A stretch of 64,000 bases of DNA from Lama guanicoe (Eukaryota), in the NCBI GenBank assembly GCA_013239625.1, contig MU054187.1, forward strand, positions 10,437,231 through 10,501,230, written 5' to 3'. The notes beneath the pieces are model-generated. The model searched no databases, was not told the origin of the DNA, and was given only the letters and a program-made list of their open reading frames with translations. Position numbers and translations under genes: made by a program. This document shows positions 52,601 through 64,000 of the stretch, piece by piece (within the stretch, counting starts at the first letter, position 1; each line of letters begins with the position of its first letter).

Positions 52601-53149
52601 TAATTACTTGGTGCATTGTTTATATCCACTGTGCTCCATACATAATGTTACATAATAAATGTTTTATGGATAATGAAAGTATAAATTTTAGAGTTATTGT
52701 AAAGCCACAGTAGAATTTACATGGCTTTTCATGATGAAATCTTTATGATTAGTGTACTGCATAACATTTTCTTTAAGTTCCTTTATTATTGGTTTTAATT
52801 TTTTATTTTCACTAATACGTACCACAAACAGAATATGATATAAATTCCTGATGATTGGCACTTTAACTTATTATTGGAGCATCATTTGTAGTCCTAAATA
52901 AAACCAGATATATATACTTGATTAAGTAATGCCACAATCTGAAAGTAGATATTTATATAACACATAGACAAAATTCATTTGTTTTAACTGTGCTTCATTA
53001 TCCAAGATACAAAACCATGTTGAACTTATTTTTTTAAGGAAAGTATATTTGCATAGAAAACTTGGAAAATTGTCAACATGAGTGAAAAACTATTGAGTTG
53101 TTTCATTAGACGATATGTAAATATTTACTTCATCAATTGCCACTTAAAT

Positions 53150-54530
53150 ACATCTTCAGGGATAATATTTATAAAAAAATTGTTACACTCACTTGTGTTT
53201 ATAGTGCATAGTGAGAACACAATTTGTTTATCTGTTCACTACTTGATAGACATTTAGGTTGTTTCCAGTTTCTAATCTATCATGAATAAGGCTGCCATGG
53301 ATGTTTGAACATGAATCTTTGGGTTGACATATGTTTCCATTTTTGGGGGGTAAATTCCATGTAGTGAGATTGTTGAGTCACCTGGAAAATGTAGCGTTCA
53401 CTTTATGAGACACGTTTTTTCAGTATGGCTGTGCTTCCTAGTCTGTGTTCTCATAAGGAATGCATTAGAGTTCCACTTCACATCCTTGCCAACACTTGGT
53501 ATTATCAGTCTTTATTCTTTCAGTTCATGGTATTTACTTAATGTTATTTTATTCTCACTTTAAGTTTCTTTTTCGTGATAATTAATGATCTGAAATATCT
53601 TTTCATGTGCTCATTGACGTTTCCTTATCTTTCTTTGTGTTCAGGTTTTTACCCATTTAAAAAAATTGGGTAGTGTTTCTTTTTTATTATTGAGTTGTAG
53701 GTATTTATGTAGTCTACATAAAAGTTCTTTGTCAGATGTATGTGTTACAGAATTTTTTCCCAGTCTGTAGCTTGACTGTTAATTTCCTTGATTATTGGTG
53801 TTTTGATGGGGGCAAAAGCTTTCAGTCATGATAAAATGTATTTTACATTTTTTCTTTTATAACTAGTACTTTTTTTTTTTCCCTGCAAGGTCTGTATTTC
53901 TTCTACATTTAGGTCTGTGATAAAACAGTGATTAATTTTTATGGAAGAAATAAAGTCGAAGTTGAGGTTTGTTTTGTTTTTTCCAGCTGGGTGTAGTTGA
54001 TGCTTCTGGAAACATCTAAATGACATTTCTTTTTCCATTGAATCCAATTGGCATCTTAGTAAAACTCATTTAATGTTTATATCTTTGTGTTTATATCTCT
54101 ACTCTTTATTCTGTTCCATAGATTTATTTGTCTGTCCTATGCCCACGATGCCATATCTTGATTATTCTAGCATTATAGTAATCTTAAAATGAGGAAAGAC
54201 AAGTTTTTTAGATATTCTTTTTTTTTAAGGATTGTTTTGGCCATTCTAAGTCCTTTGCATTTGTGTATAAAAATTCAGAAACAGTTTATCAATTTCTTCT
54301 AAAGAATCTACTGATATTTCAGTTGAGTTTGTGATAAATCTATGATAATTTTAGGAGAACTGATATAAGTATTGAGCCTTCCAATCCATGAACATAGTTT
54401 ATCTCCATTTATTTAGATCTTCTCTGTAACTGTCAGCAGTGTTTTATACTTTTCAATGTAGAGAGCTTTCACTTCTTTTCCTTAGATTATAACCAATTTT
54501 CTGGTTATTTGATGTTGTTATAAATGATAT
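53150..54530 (-). mobile_element. Old LINE-1 (3'UTR plus end of ORF2)
   Basis: 'gacatttaggttgtttccagttt', 'cacatccttgccaacacttggtattatcagtc', 'ctttattctgttccat', 'ccttccaatccatgaacat'. Confidence 0.88.
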
Positions 54531-56919
54531 ATTACTTTAAACTTTTTATTAATAGTATTTTAAAAAAGTTTTGCCTTCCACTCATTTGTTCTCTACTGGC
54601 TTCAGATTTTTTGAATATGGAGGCAGGATATACTCTTCTGCAGGGCTTGGGATTAGAACACTGGTAAAGATCAGAGATCTCTTTACATTTTGTAGCCTAG
54701 TTGCCTGCTCTCCAAACAACTTCTTGTGTTCCGAAGGAGTTTCCTTAGGGCCTCAGTGCCACACTTGGCTTTCTGCACGTTAAGAGCTCTCTTTCAATAT
54801 TGCTACCCTGAGCCCAGCATTCTGAGAGCTGCTGTAGCATGAACTCCATCAGGGCCATGGGGCAATTCCTCTCAGTTCTCCCCGTGGTCCTCAGCTTTCA
54901 GTGGGTCCCTGCCTTGCACTGGAGAAGGCTCTGAGTGCCCTGCCAGGAATCTTTCTCATATTTTTTTGTTCTGGCTCCCAGCCTTTAGCACACTAGCCTT
55001 CAACACACTTCTGAACGTGGTGAAGACTTGTTGGAAAGAGTTGGCTGGTGTATGTGAACTTGGCTTGTGCCTGAGACTTCTGGGGATTCTATTTCAGATG
55101 CAGCCTTTTAATTCCTTTAACTAATTTCGCTGTGTGCTGATCTGTAGCAGATTCTTACTCCTTCTAGACCAGAAAGATTAAATAAAGTAATATATATATA
55201 TATAGCAACTGTGGCACATCAAGGACCAATATGTGACTATTTGCTTTATTACTGTTTTTTTCTATTTCGTTCTATATCACCAAATATATTTGCCAGATGC
55301 TATTTTCTTAGTAACAGCACAGTTAATCTCTGAAGGAAGACCTTCGAGAAAAATCACTCTTTTTTTTTTCACGATATCCACCCAGCAAGTTTTAATCAAT
55401 GCATTAATAAGAGGAATAGGTATTGTTATGTATAAGTATATAAAATATTTTAAAACAGTTTTAAGGCATTCAAAATTTTATTCATAATTTTCTTTATAAA
55501 AATTATATCAACAATCTGTAAGAAGGCAAATATCTGAAAGCATTTGCTTATACATTCAAGAAATATGAGAAAAATAAACTCAACTGTGAAAATCTGGAGT
55601 AACAGTTATTATCAATTACCCATTATATTTCAAAAACCAAGAAGAAAATAAAGTATGAGCTGTCATAAATACTTCTACATACTTCATGAATCAAATAGGA
55701 GCCAGCAAAATGTTATTAATGAGTTCATTTCCATGGATATTGGCTTGCAGCTCTGTCAACAGCTGAATATTCATGAGGCAAGTTGGGTACAGGTAAAGAA
55801 GAAAACTTTCCTTCCAGGAAAAAAAAAGCTATAACTAAGAAATATTTTATGTATCTTTTTCTGACCTGGGTTATGTGAAATAACACATTTAAAAAAAAGC
55901 TAAAATCTGTTCAAATTTTATCTGTGACTTTTGTTAGATACTCACAAAGATGCAGATTTGCTCAACTATTGCAAAATGGCAAATATCCTGTAATATCTAT
56001 AGTTTCTGGCTTCAGGGGACTTGAATCACCCTAGGTCCTCAAGAATTAGCCTTTTAAGGATGTAAATGAAATTGTCCCAGGGCTGAGTGTGGGTAACTAA
56101 CATGGTGGAGGGCAGTCATTTGCAGGGCTTGGCGCTTGAAAGTGCAAATAATATGTAAAGGATAAACTGCATTGTAAACTGAAATCTAACCTAAACTAGG
56201 CCCAGTGTTTAGGGGTGTGTCTAGAAGCCCTGAGCATCTCAGCAAGTAGATACCAGGCCGCAGTGAAGTATTCAGGGAGATAGGAGTATATGGTGCACTG
56301 TCATTGGTCCGGAAGTGACCCTGAGAGATGCTGTTTGAAGTGGAGTGAGAAGAAGGCTGTGAGGGAGGGAGAGTGGCCTCTAACAGAGAATAACTTACTG
56401 TCATGGCCTCTTCCAAATACAGTGGGCTTTAGTTTCAGGCCTGACCTGAAAAAGAACTGGGATAAAAGTCAGAAATGAGGTAGAACCTAATTTTATAGTC
56501 TGGATGTAGATTGTTGAAGTGAATTATTGGCCTGAAGTTCAGTGGGGAAACTGGTGTCCCAGCTCATTCTAGGACACTCAACTTGGGACAGAAAAACTAA
56601 TTCCAGGCCCTGCCTCCCAGTGTGGGCAGAGATCCTCTTTCCCGTCCAGCTTGGTCAGGACTGTTTCCAGGGCACTTGTCGGGAAGAGGACACAAGAACT
56701 TAAAAGGACCAGCAGACCACAAGGAGCTGCTTCCTCCATGTCAACAATAGAATCGTCCGGTCTGATCAAGGAATAATGGCTGAAGTGCATTTCTAAATTT
56801 CATATTCAGCAATGTGTCCTGAAATCTACTGGAAGTGGACATCCCATTGGGAAGCTAATGCATACGTCCTGAAGTATCTGTGCATTTTTACCTCTTATCA
56901 CTAGGCAAAAGGGAACAAA

Positions 56920-57760
56920 TACCCTCATAGGATGAGACAGTCATTGTGTATCCACCCTGTGCCAGGCTCTGTTCTTGGTATTTGGTAGATGATGATAACA
57001 GGGCCAATTCCCTCCCCTCAAGGAGCATGCATTCCAGGGACCACACGTGCAAAGATAAACCACTAAGCACACACACTTGAATTTCAGGTGGTGATGAATA
57101 CTGTGAAGAAAAATAGAATAGGCTCATGTGAAGAGTGAGGATCTGAGATCCAGGGAAAAATTCTCTGTAGAGTGTTATCATTTGAGGAGAGCCTGTAAAG
57201 AGCTGAAAGAGTGAGGCATGGAAATAGCGGGGAGTGAGCGCTAGGCAAAGGCAGCAGCACTTTGATGCAGATGGAGCTGGGGTGCCTGACCCAGAGGAGG
57301 GGTCAAGTGGATGAAGTGTCTCAAGGGAGGAGGAGAGAAGTGGGACAAGTAGTTGACAAAGGGTGGATCACGGAGGATGTGGGGGTCACGGTGAGGACTT
57401 GACATTTTATTTTCACTGCGATGGGAAGCCATTGAAGAGCTGTAAGTAGAGGAGCTGATCTGAAGCTACGACAGCTATTGGGTGGAGTGTTGACGGTGGA
57501 GGAGACCAACCTAGTTTCCTATTGAAATAATTCAGGAGAGACGGTGCTGGAGATGAAGGAGGTGTGAAGCACTCAGAATCTGTCTATGTTTGAAGTTACT
57601 TCTGGCAGGATTTGCTGATGGATTGGCCATAGATTGTGAAAGAAAAAGAGAAATCAAGATTTCTTCCTAAATTTTTGGCCTAAGCAACTGAATGAACACG
57701 TGTACCATTTACTGGGAAAGACCAGAAGATGTTAGGGTTGTAGCAAAGATATCAAGACTT
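56920..57760 (-). mobile_element. LINE-2 fragment
   Basis: 'gtgccaggctctgttcttgg', 'gatgggaagccattgaag', 'caggatttgctgatggattgg', 'ttttggcctaagcaactg'. Confidence 0.8.
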
Positions 57761-58204
57761 CTTATTTTCAAGCTAATACATAGCAACAGGTGAATTCAGT
57801 CAACACGAGCAGAGTGTGAAAGGAGTCGCTAAGGCCTAAGGCTGGCCACACAGGCACATAAACAACTAAAATGAAACATATTTCAAGTCCACGTTTTATA
57901 GATGATGATTTTTCTAAAGGAAAACAAGAGGCCAAAGGGGTGAGACATAGTCTTTTTCATCAGTGGCAAGAAATAGAAACAATTTTGAATTTTTAATTAA
58001 GTCTAAGAGAGGACAGGCTTAGCTGATTGGATGTCCGTTCACCTGGAGGTAGGTTAATGGAAGCACATATAGATGAATAGACAGATGGCTGAAAAAGCGA
58101 AAAAGGCAGCTACAGAATAATTAAGGTTACCATTCAAACGTATTCTTTCTGTCATAAATAGTCATAGCAAAAAATGATAACATGTTCCTTTTTTTTTTTT
58201 TTTA

Positions 58205-58370
58205 CCAGCTATGTGAATTATCTCAATTAAAGCTTCAGTAATCCTATAGAGTTGGGTGTAATCTTAGCTCCATTTCAGCAGTGGAGAAACTGAGCCCTAG
58301 AGAGGTTACGTAATTTCTCTAAGGTGGAACAGCCAGGAAGAAAAGGAGCCCAGAGTCCATCCCTGCTTCA
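58205..58370 (-). mobile_element. MIR SINE
   Basis: 'ctccatttcagcagtggagaaactgagccctagagaggttacgtaattt'. Confidence 0.7.
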
Positions 58371-58806
58371 CTCAGCACGAGCTCTCCAGCCGCTCACTGG
58401 GTTATTGGACCCACACTTCCCCACGGGTATACGTTCCAGCAGTCAGGTCAGGGGACCTCACGTGGAGGCTGAAATAAAACCAAATTATACTCAGTTTCTA
58501 AATTTGATTTCCAAAGTTCCTTTGCCTGCCTTGGAAGGGGTGTCTCTATCTTCATATGCTTCAGCAGAGAAATTGAATAAGTCTCTTCTGTTTAAAGCTG
58601 CTTGACTTTGATTGTATTGGCTTTTTCTCTGACTGAATAAAAATCATAGAATTTGAGCAGCCTTGTATTTCTGTAACAGAGTATTGCTTATAGGAGAAAA
58701 TTCTCCAGAAATCCTTTCCTCTTTTCCTAATTGCAGCACGTAAGTTAAGAAGACTACATTAAATAACACAATACAGTCGAGTACCTACTTTCAGTTAACA
58801 AGTCTC

Positions 58807-58840
58807 AGCGGTTCCAAGCGGTTCCAAGCGGTTCCAGGCG
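58807..58840. repeat. Tandem repeat (AGCGGTTCCA)x3 plus a partial copy
   Basis: Three perfect 10-bp units at 58807-58836, then GGCG. Confidence 0.95.
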
Positions 58841-59090
58841 AAGGTCTTCCTGGTCACATGCTCCGCACTGGTTTCACGTAGGAAAAGTGGCACCATCTAT
58901 CTGAATGATCTTTTGCCATCTGAAGAATTTAGACACTTAAAGGGTCCCCTTGCTTTATTCAGAAATTATTGTATTGAGAAACTACTACTCAGAGAAATAT
59001 AAGGATTTGTAAGGGTTTAGGGATATATATAGGATAAATCCCAATCCCCTGAAACAGTTTTCAGAAATCTTTTTTCCTTCCCCATGTTCT

Positions 59091-59193
59091 CTTTTTTCCT
59101 TTATTAAAGTATAGTCAGTTACAATGTGTCAGTCTGTGGTGTACAGCACAATGTCCCAGTCTTGCGTGTACATACATATGTTTGTTTTCATAT
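59091..59193 (-). mobile_element. ~100-bp young L1 3' stub
   Basis: Closely similar to the 48682-48791 copy ('agtcagttacaatgtgtca..tggtgtacagcacaatgtcccagtc'). Confidence 0.85.
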
Positions 59194-62100
59194 TTAGATT
59201 TTTTTTAAGAATAATGTACTAATGAATTAAAAGTGGCATAAAATCTACTTTGAAGCTGACTGATGCAGTTGATAATGATAATCATTAAACATTCATTCTC
59301 CAGAGAGCTAACTGTTCTCTGTATGATGTTAAAATGTGAGTTCCTTTACCAGCACATTTTCCCTAACCTAGTGGAGATCCAAAATTCCTAATTGAAAACA
59401 GTCAGATAACATTATCCAACCAGTTATCAAACTGTAACACTTATCACTTTCTCAAACTAATGACTCAGCAAACTGTTTTCCGCTGAAATGAACATTATGA
59501 TTTTAAATGCATTAGTGACATTTTCCAAATCCCTTAAAATTAGGAAGTACCACACACATTTTACAGTGCATTTTTAGGAAATGCTGCTCCAAAAAAAATC
59601 CATTAAAAAATAAATGGAATGGATATGGATGATGTAAAGACCTAGCTAAGAATCTTGTCTGAATTTCCAGAGTTCACGCATTATGGACATATTACCGATA
59701 AGCCACATTATACCAATAAGTTCACATATTACAAAAAGTACATTGAATGCCTCTGTGAAGACAAAAAGCCATTGAGACAATCATTAAAAATTACTCTCTT
59801 CTCGATACATCTTATGTGAATATTTTAAAAGTTTTACAGAGAACTTCTGTGTTTCAGTCGGGATATAGGAAGTTGCAGGAGACCACTGCTTCCATCCTAA
59901 GAAGCAGAACACACTAGATAAGCTATAAAACCCATTTTTCAGAGAGCTGATAATGCAAAAACAAACAAACACAACAAACCTCAAAAAGAAATAAATTCCT
60001 GAGAGTGAGAAATTCCATACATGAGAAAAGACCTTAAATACTCAATTCCCTCCTAATTGGGTTGTTTTCTGGACTGTCTTCTGTTCCATTGATCTGTTTG
60101 TCTATGTTAGCCCAACACTAACCATTTTCATTACTATACATTAGTTTCTTTTAGGGATAGAGTTGGAGTGGAATGAAAAAGGAAACAAAATACAGGCTAA
60201 GGAGTGAATGGTATACTGAATATTGGGGCATGAGAAAAGGAGAGAAGGGGACGTACGTCAGAAGGGGCAGTAAGATGTGAATAGAAAAGTCAGGTGTTTG
60301 AAGAATGAGAGTGGACAACGTTGAGTCAGTTTTCAAGAAAACATAAAGTAGGTGTATAAAGTTCTCAACAAAAATGTTCTTTATAACAGTTGAAACAAAT
60401 ATTTATCATGGAGAAAATGTAAAAATCTTTTTTTATGCCTCCTGAGGTTTCACTGGAGCTTTAGATCAGAGTGTGAGAAGAAAGAGGGTAGTGGACTCCA
60501 GGCAGAGCCAGATTTTAATTCCTGGGATCCTCATTCATTTCTTTGGGTTGTTTTCCAGCATTGAAGACTTTTCCTTTCCCCCACCGCTTACATTTCCTTT
60601 TCATTGGGATTGAATTCTCTATTAATGACTTAAACAGGAATAGTGCTCTGCACTTTAAATTCGGGAAATGACCCGTTTCCTGTGCCAGAGAAAAATGTGT
60701 GCTCGGGACTATTATCTATAGAATGTGCTTTGGACTTCCCGCTTAGCCCTTTCTTTCATTGTGCTGTGTTTTTTGAGTTATCTGATATCAATGTAAATTC
60801 CTGAGCAGCGCAAAATGAAGTATTATGTTGGAGACACAATAGTCCACTGGCATCTCTGAGTAAATATTTGTACAATATCAAAAAGTAAGGCAAGTCAGCC
60901 AATATCTTAGTAAGGAAACATTTCACAAGTATGTCCATGTAAGCTCAAGAACTGCTTTTTAGAAATTTGTTTTAGTCCATAGTGATCACCAGCTGACATC
61001 ATGAAACATGCTTTTATCTGAAATGCCACCAGAAATTGTGGGGCATTTGAAATGTCTTTATTATTTTTGTGATTATTCCAAATGTATTGAAAAGTTCATT
61101 ATTTTCATCTTACTTTAAGCTCTGGTACAAAAATTATGACTTGTGAATTGCAAAGGAATAGATTTTAATTTAAATTTTGCTACCTAGCCTAGTACGTTAT
61201 CTTTGTTTAACGACTCTATTGGTACTGTAAAGGGTTGATACATCTGGAAGAGCTAAGGCAGCTTCAAGAATATTAGTCTTCTTTTCTATACCTGAATTTT
61301 CTATTCAGATTGTCTGGCAACTTACTTCATCAGCTGGTGTGATTCTTGCCTACACCCAGATAAAGTAGCAGCTCATTGAAATCAAAGCCTTGGTCTAGCC
61401 ATGCTGCATATACACTGTTCAGTTTTTATTACTACCTTGTGCTGTAAATCCTCTTGAGAATTATAGAGGTCATCTCCAGTCTTTATTAACACCTTATGGT
61501 TTGATCATGCATTAAATTTTTTCTACCTTCAACTATTTGTTAATTTTTAAATTTCTGGAATATTTAGAAAATTTGAATAGAGAGATTGACATGAACCACA
61601 TTTGAGAGCCAGCCTGGAATCCTGAGTAGAAGAGATCAATACAATTTGACAATATGGAATATATATGTATGTATTAGATTTTTTCCCCCCACACATTGCT
61701 TGAATTAATTGTTTTAAAATCAAGGAATTCTTCCAAAGTTGGAGTTAGTTGGATTGATTCACTGTTAATAAAGGAGCGGAGAGCTGGAGGCGGGGGCCTT
61801 ACCCTTTAGTTCTCTTCCCTCTCGAATTAATTAAAACCACGGTAGAAGTAAGTGCTATGCTTTGGTGTAGGGGACAATAGGGAAGAGTGGTGACTGAAGC
61901 AAATGAAGAGAGCTTGTGGCCACCTTTGCTTCAGCCTGTTGCAACCATTCAGGGGTGTGAGCCCTGTGTTGATTGTTCTCTAGTTTGGAGAGAGACTATA
62001 ATTACTGACTTTTATGTGAATGCTCTTATTTCTTTAAATGTTAGCAATTGAATCAGTGTTTTAATGACCCTGTGTTATGTTAAGAAATACCTCTACTGTT

Positions 62101-62934
62101 CTTGACCTCTACTTTAGACTGACTTATTGCCCTAGGTCGGTGGAAATTAAATATCCAAGAAAGACTGCTATAATATAGGCTGAGCTGTGAGATGACATGG
62201 TTGTAATAAAAATCAAGACAAATATAAGAAAAAGTTCAACAAAAACTTAACAAAAATCTCAACCAAAACTCATAAAAGTAACACAAGACACACTTTAGAA
62301 AAGTTTGCATTATTATAGTTTTCATTGTAATCATCTCCATAAATTTCTTAATTTTTCATTTTTAATAATTTTATACGTGACTGTTTATCTTTTATCTTCT
62401 GTCTGTTTTCACTGTTGACTTTCTAGCCACCTATTAAAAATCTTGTGCCTTGCATGTAGTTAGTGCATTGATCATGTGCTGACAAAGATAAATTCTTTCA
62501 TTTGAAAACTCCTGAAGAACACAGTGCGTCATGCTGCCTTTTGGCGTACTGAAGTCAAATAGAAGACACTAAATAATGCTTTAATTATCCTCAAATCCTG
62601 GGAAAGTTTCAGCCAAAAGTGTTTAAAAAATCTGGATGTTATTATGATGAAAAATTATTTTCACCTAGGCTCTCCGATAATGGTGATGTTCACTTTGAAT
62701 TAATAATTGTTCTGCAAGAGAGCAAAATATCTTTTGGTGGGAAATTGAGCAATAATTAAAAAGCCTTCAACAACTATGACACAGCAGATCCGTTTGTGTC
62801 TGAATCATGAGAAAACATCAACATTCAAAGGGTTTTCACTGGGGATCATAATATGCCATTTAGGTATCTTTGTGATCTCTTTAGGCACCTATCCGAGTAA
62901 TACAAGTGATTGAGATATATATATATATAGAGAG

Positions 62935-64000
62935 AGATGGTTTGTAGAGTGATAGATGCCCATGAGTGGTTGTACCATTTTGGATTCCCACCAGCAATGA
63001 ATGATAATTCCTGATTGCTCCACATTCTCACTAGCCTATGGTGTTGTCAGTATTTTGGATCTTGTCCTTTCTAATAAGTGTGTGGTAGTGTCTCATTATT
63101 TTAATTTTTAATTGCCTAATGACAAAAGATTTGAGCATCTTTTTATGTATGCTTATTTGCCATCTACTTATCTTCTTTGGTAAGGTGTCTGTTCAATTCT
63201 TTCACCCATTTGAAAAATCTGAATGCTGACTTCTTTATTGTTGAGTTTTAAGAGTTGTTTGTATATTTTGGGTAATAGTCTTTTATCATATATATTTTGG
63301 CATATATATGGCTTGTCTGTGGCTTGCCTTCTCATTCTCTTGTCATTTACAGAGCAGAAGTTTTAATTTTAATGAAGTCCAATTTGTTTTGTTCCTTACA
63401 AAGATCATGCCTTTGGTGTTGTATCTAAAAACGTCATCACCGTACCCAAGGTCAGTATTTTCTCCTATGCTGTCTTCTAGTTTTGCATTTTACATTTAGG
63501 TCTGTGATTTATTTTGAGTCAGTTTTTCTGAAGGATGTAAGGTCTATGTCTAGATTTTTTAAAATTTTAATTTGCATGCAGATGTATAGTTGTCACAGCA
63601 CCATTTGTTGAAAGGACTATTCTTTTTTCATTGTATTGACTTTTCTCCTTTGTCAAAGATCAGTTGACTGTATTTGTGTGAGTGTATTTCTAGGCCCTCT
63701 GTTGTGTTCCATTGATCTACTTTTCTTTTCTTTCACCAAAATGACACTCTTTTGATGACTGTGGTTTTATAGTAAGCCTTGACGTTAGGTAGTGTCAGTC
63801 CTCTGATTTTATTCTTCTTCTTCAATATTGTCTATGCTGTGTCTTTTATCTCTCCATATAAACTTAGAATCATTTTTTTGAAATCCACCTAATAACTTGC
63901 TGGACTTTTGATTGTAATTGTGTTAAGTCTACAGGTCAAGTTGGAAGAGCTAACATCGTGACATTATTGACTCTTCCTATTCATGAATGTAGAGTATTTA
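62935..64000 (-). mobile_element. LINE-1 ORF2 3' portion (degenerate), runs off the window end
   Basis: 'gtaccattttggattcccaccagcaatgaatga', 'ttttaattttaatgaagtccaa', 'cagcaccatttgttgaaagg', 'tttgtcaaagatcagttgactgta'. Confidence 0.92.

Noticed and set aside
58807..58840. Repeat array as a CRISPR-like structure
   Set aside because: Head-to-tail 10-mers with no spacers, no cas genes, and a mammalian context

Overview
This is mammalian genomic DNA, most likely camelid (Camelus/Vicugna/Lama), judged from a tRNA-derived Vic-1-type SINE and young L1 3' ends of camelid style. The only protein-coding sequence I can support is the first coding exon of PREX2 (DEPDC2, a PIP3/Gbetagamma-regulated Rac GEF) at 14338-14454 (+). 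It lies in a TATA-less CpG-island promoter, with a perfect Kozak context and a GTGAGT donor. About 14 kb of upstream flank precedes it, and about 49.5 kb of intron 1 follows; I did not find exon 2 in the window. The rest is ordinary interspersed repeat (L1, L2, MIR, MaLR/ERV LTRs, MER DNA transposons, microsatellites) plus some non-repetitive patches that look regulatory. The other ORF-track entries appear to be chance frames. I see no convincing new biological system. The best leads are regulatory or splicing hypotheses: an orphan intronic CpG patch, a GATA+NF-E2/ARE cluster, an LTR-derived AG|GTAAGT site, a poison-exon candidate, an in-frame upstream ATG, and some unusual retrotransposon insertion structures. 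Repeat family names and boundaries were recognised by eye from remembered consensus sequences and are approximate.
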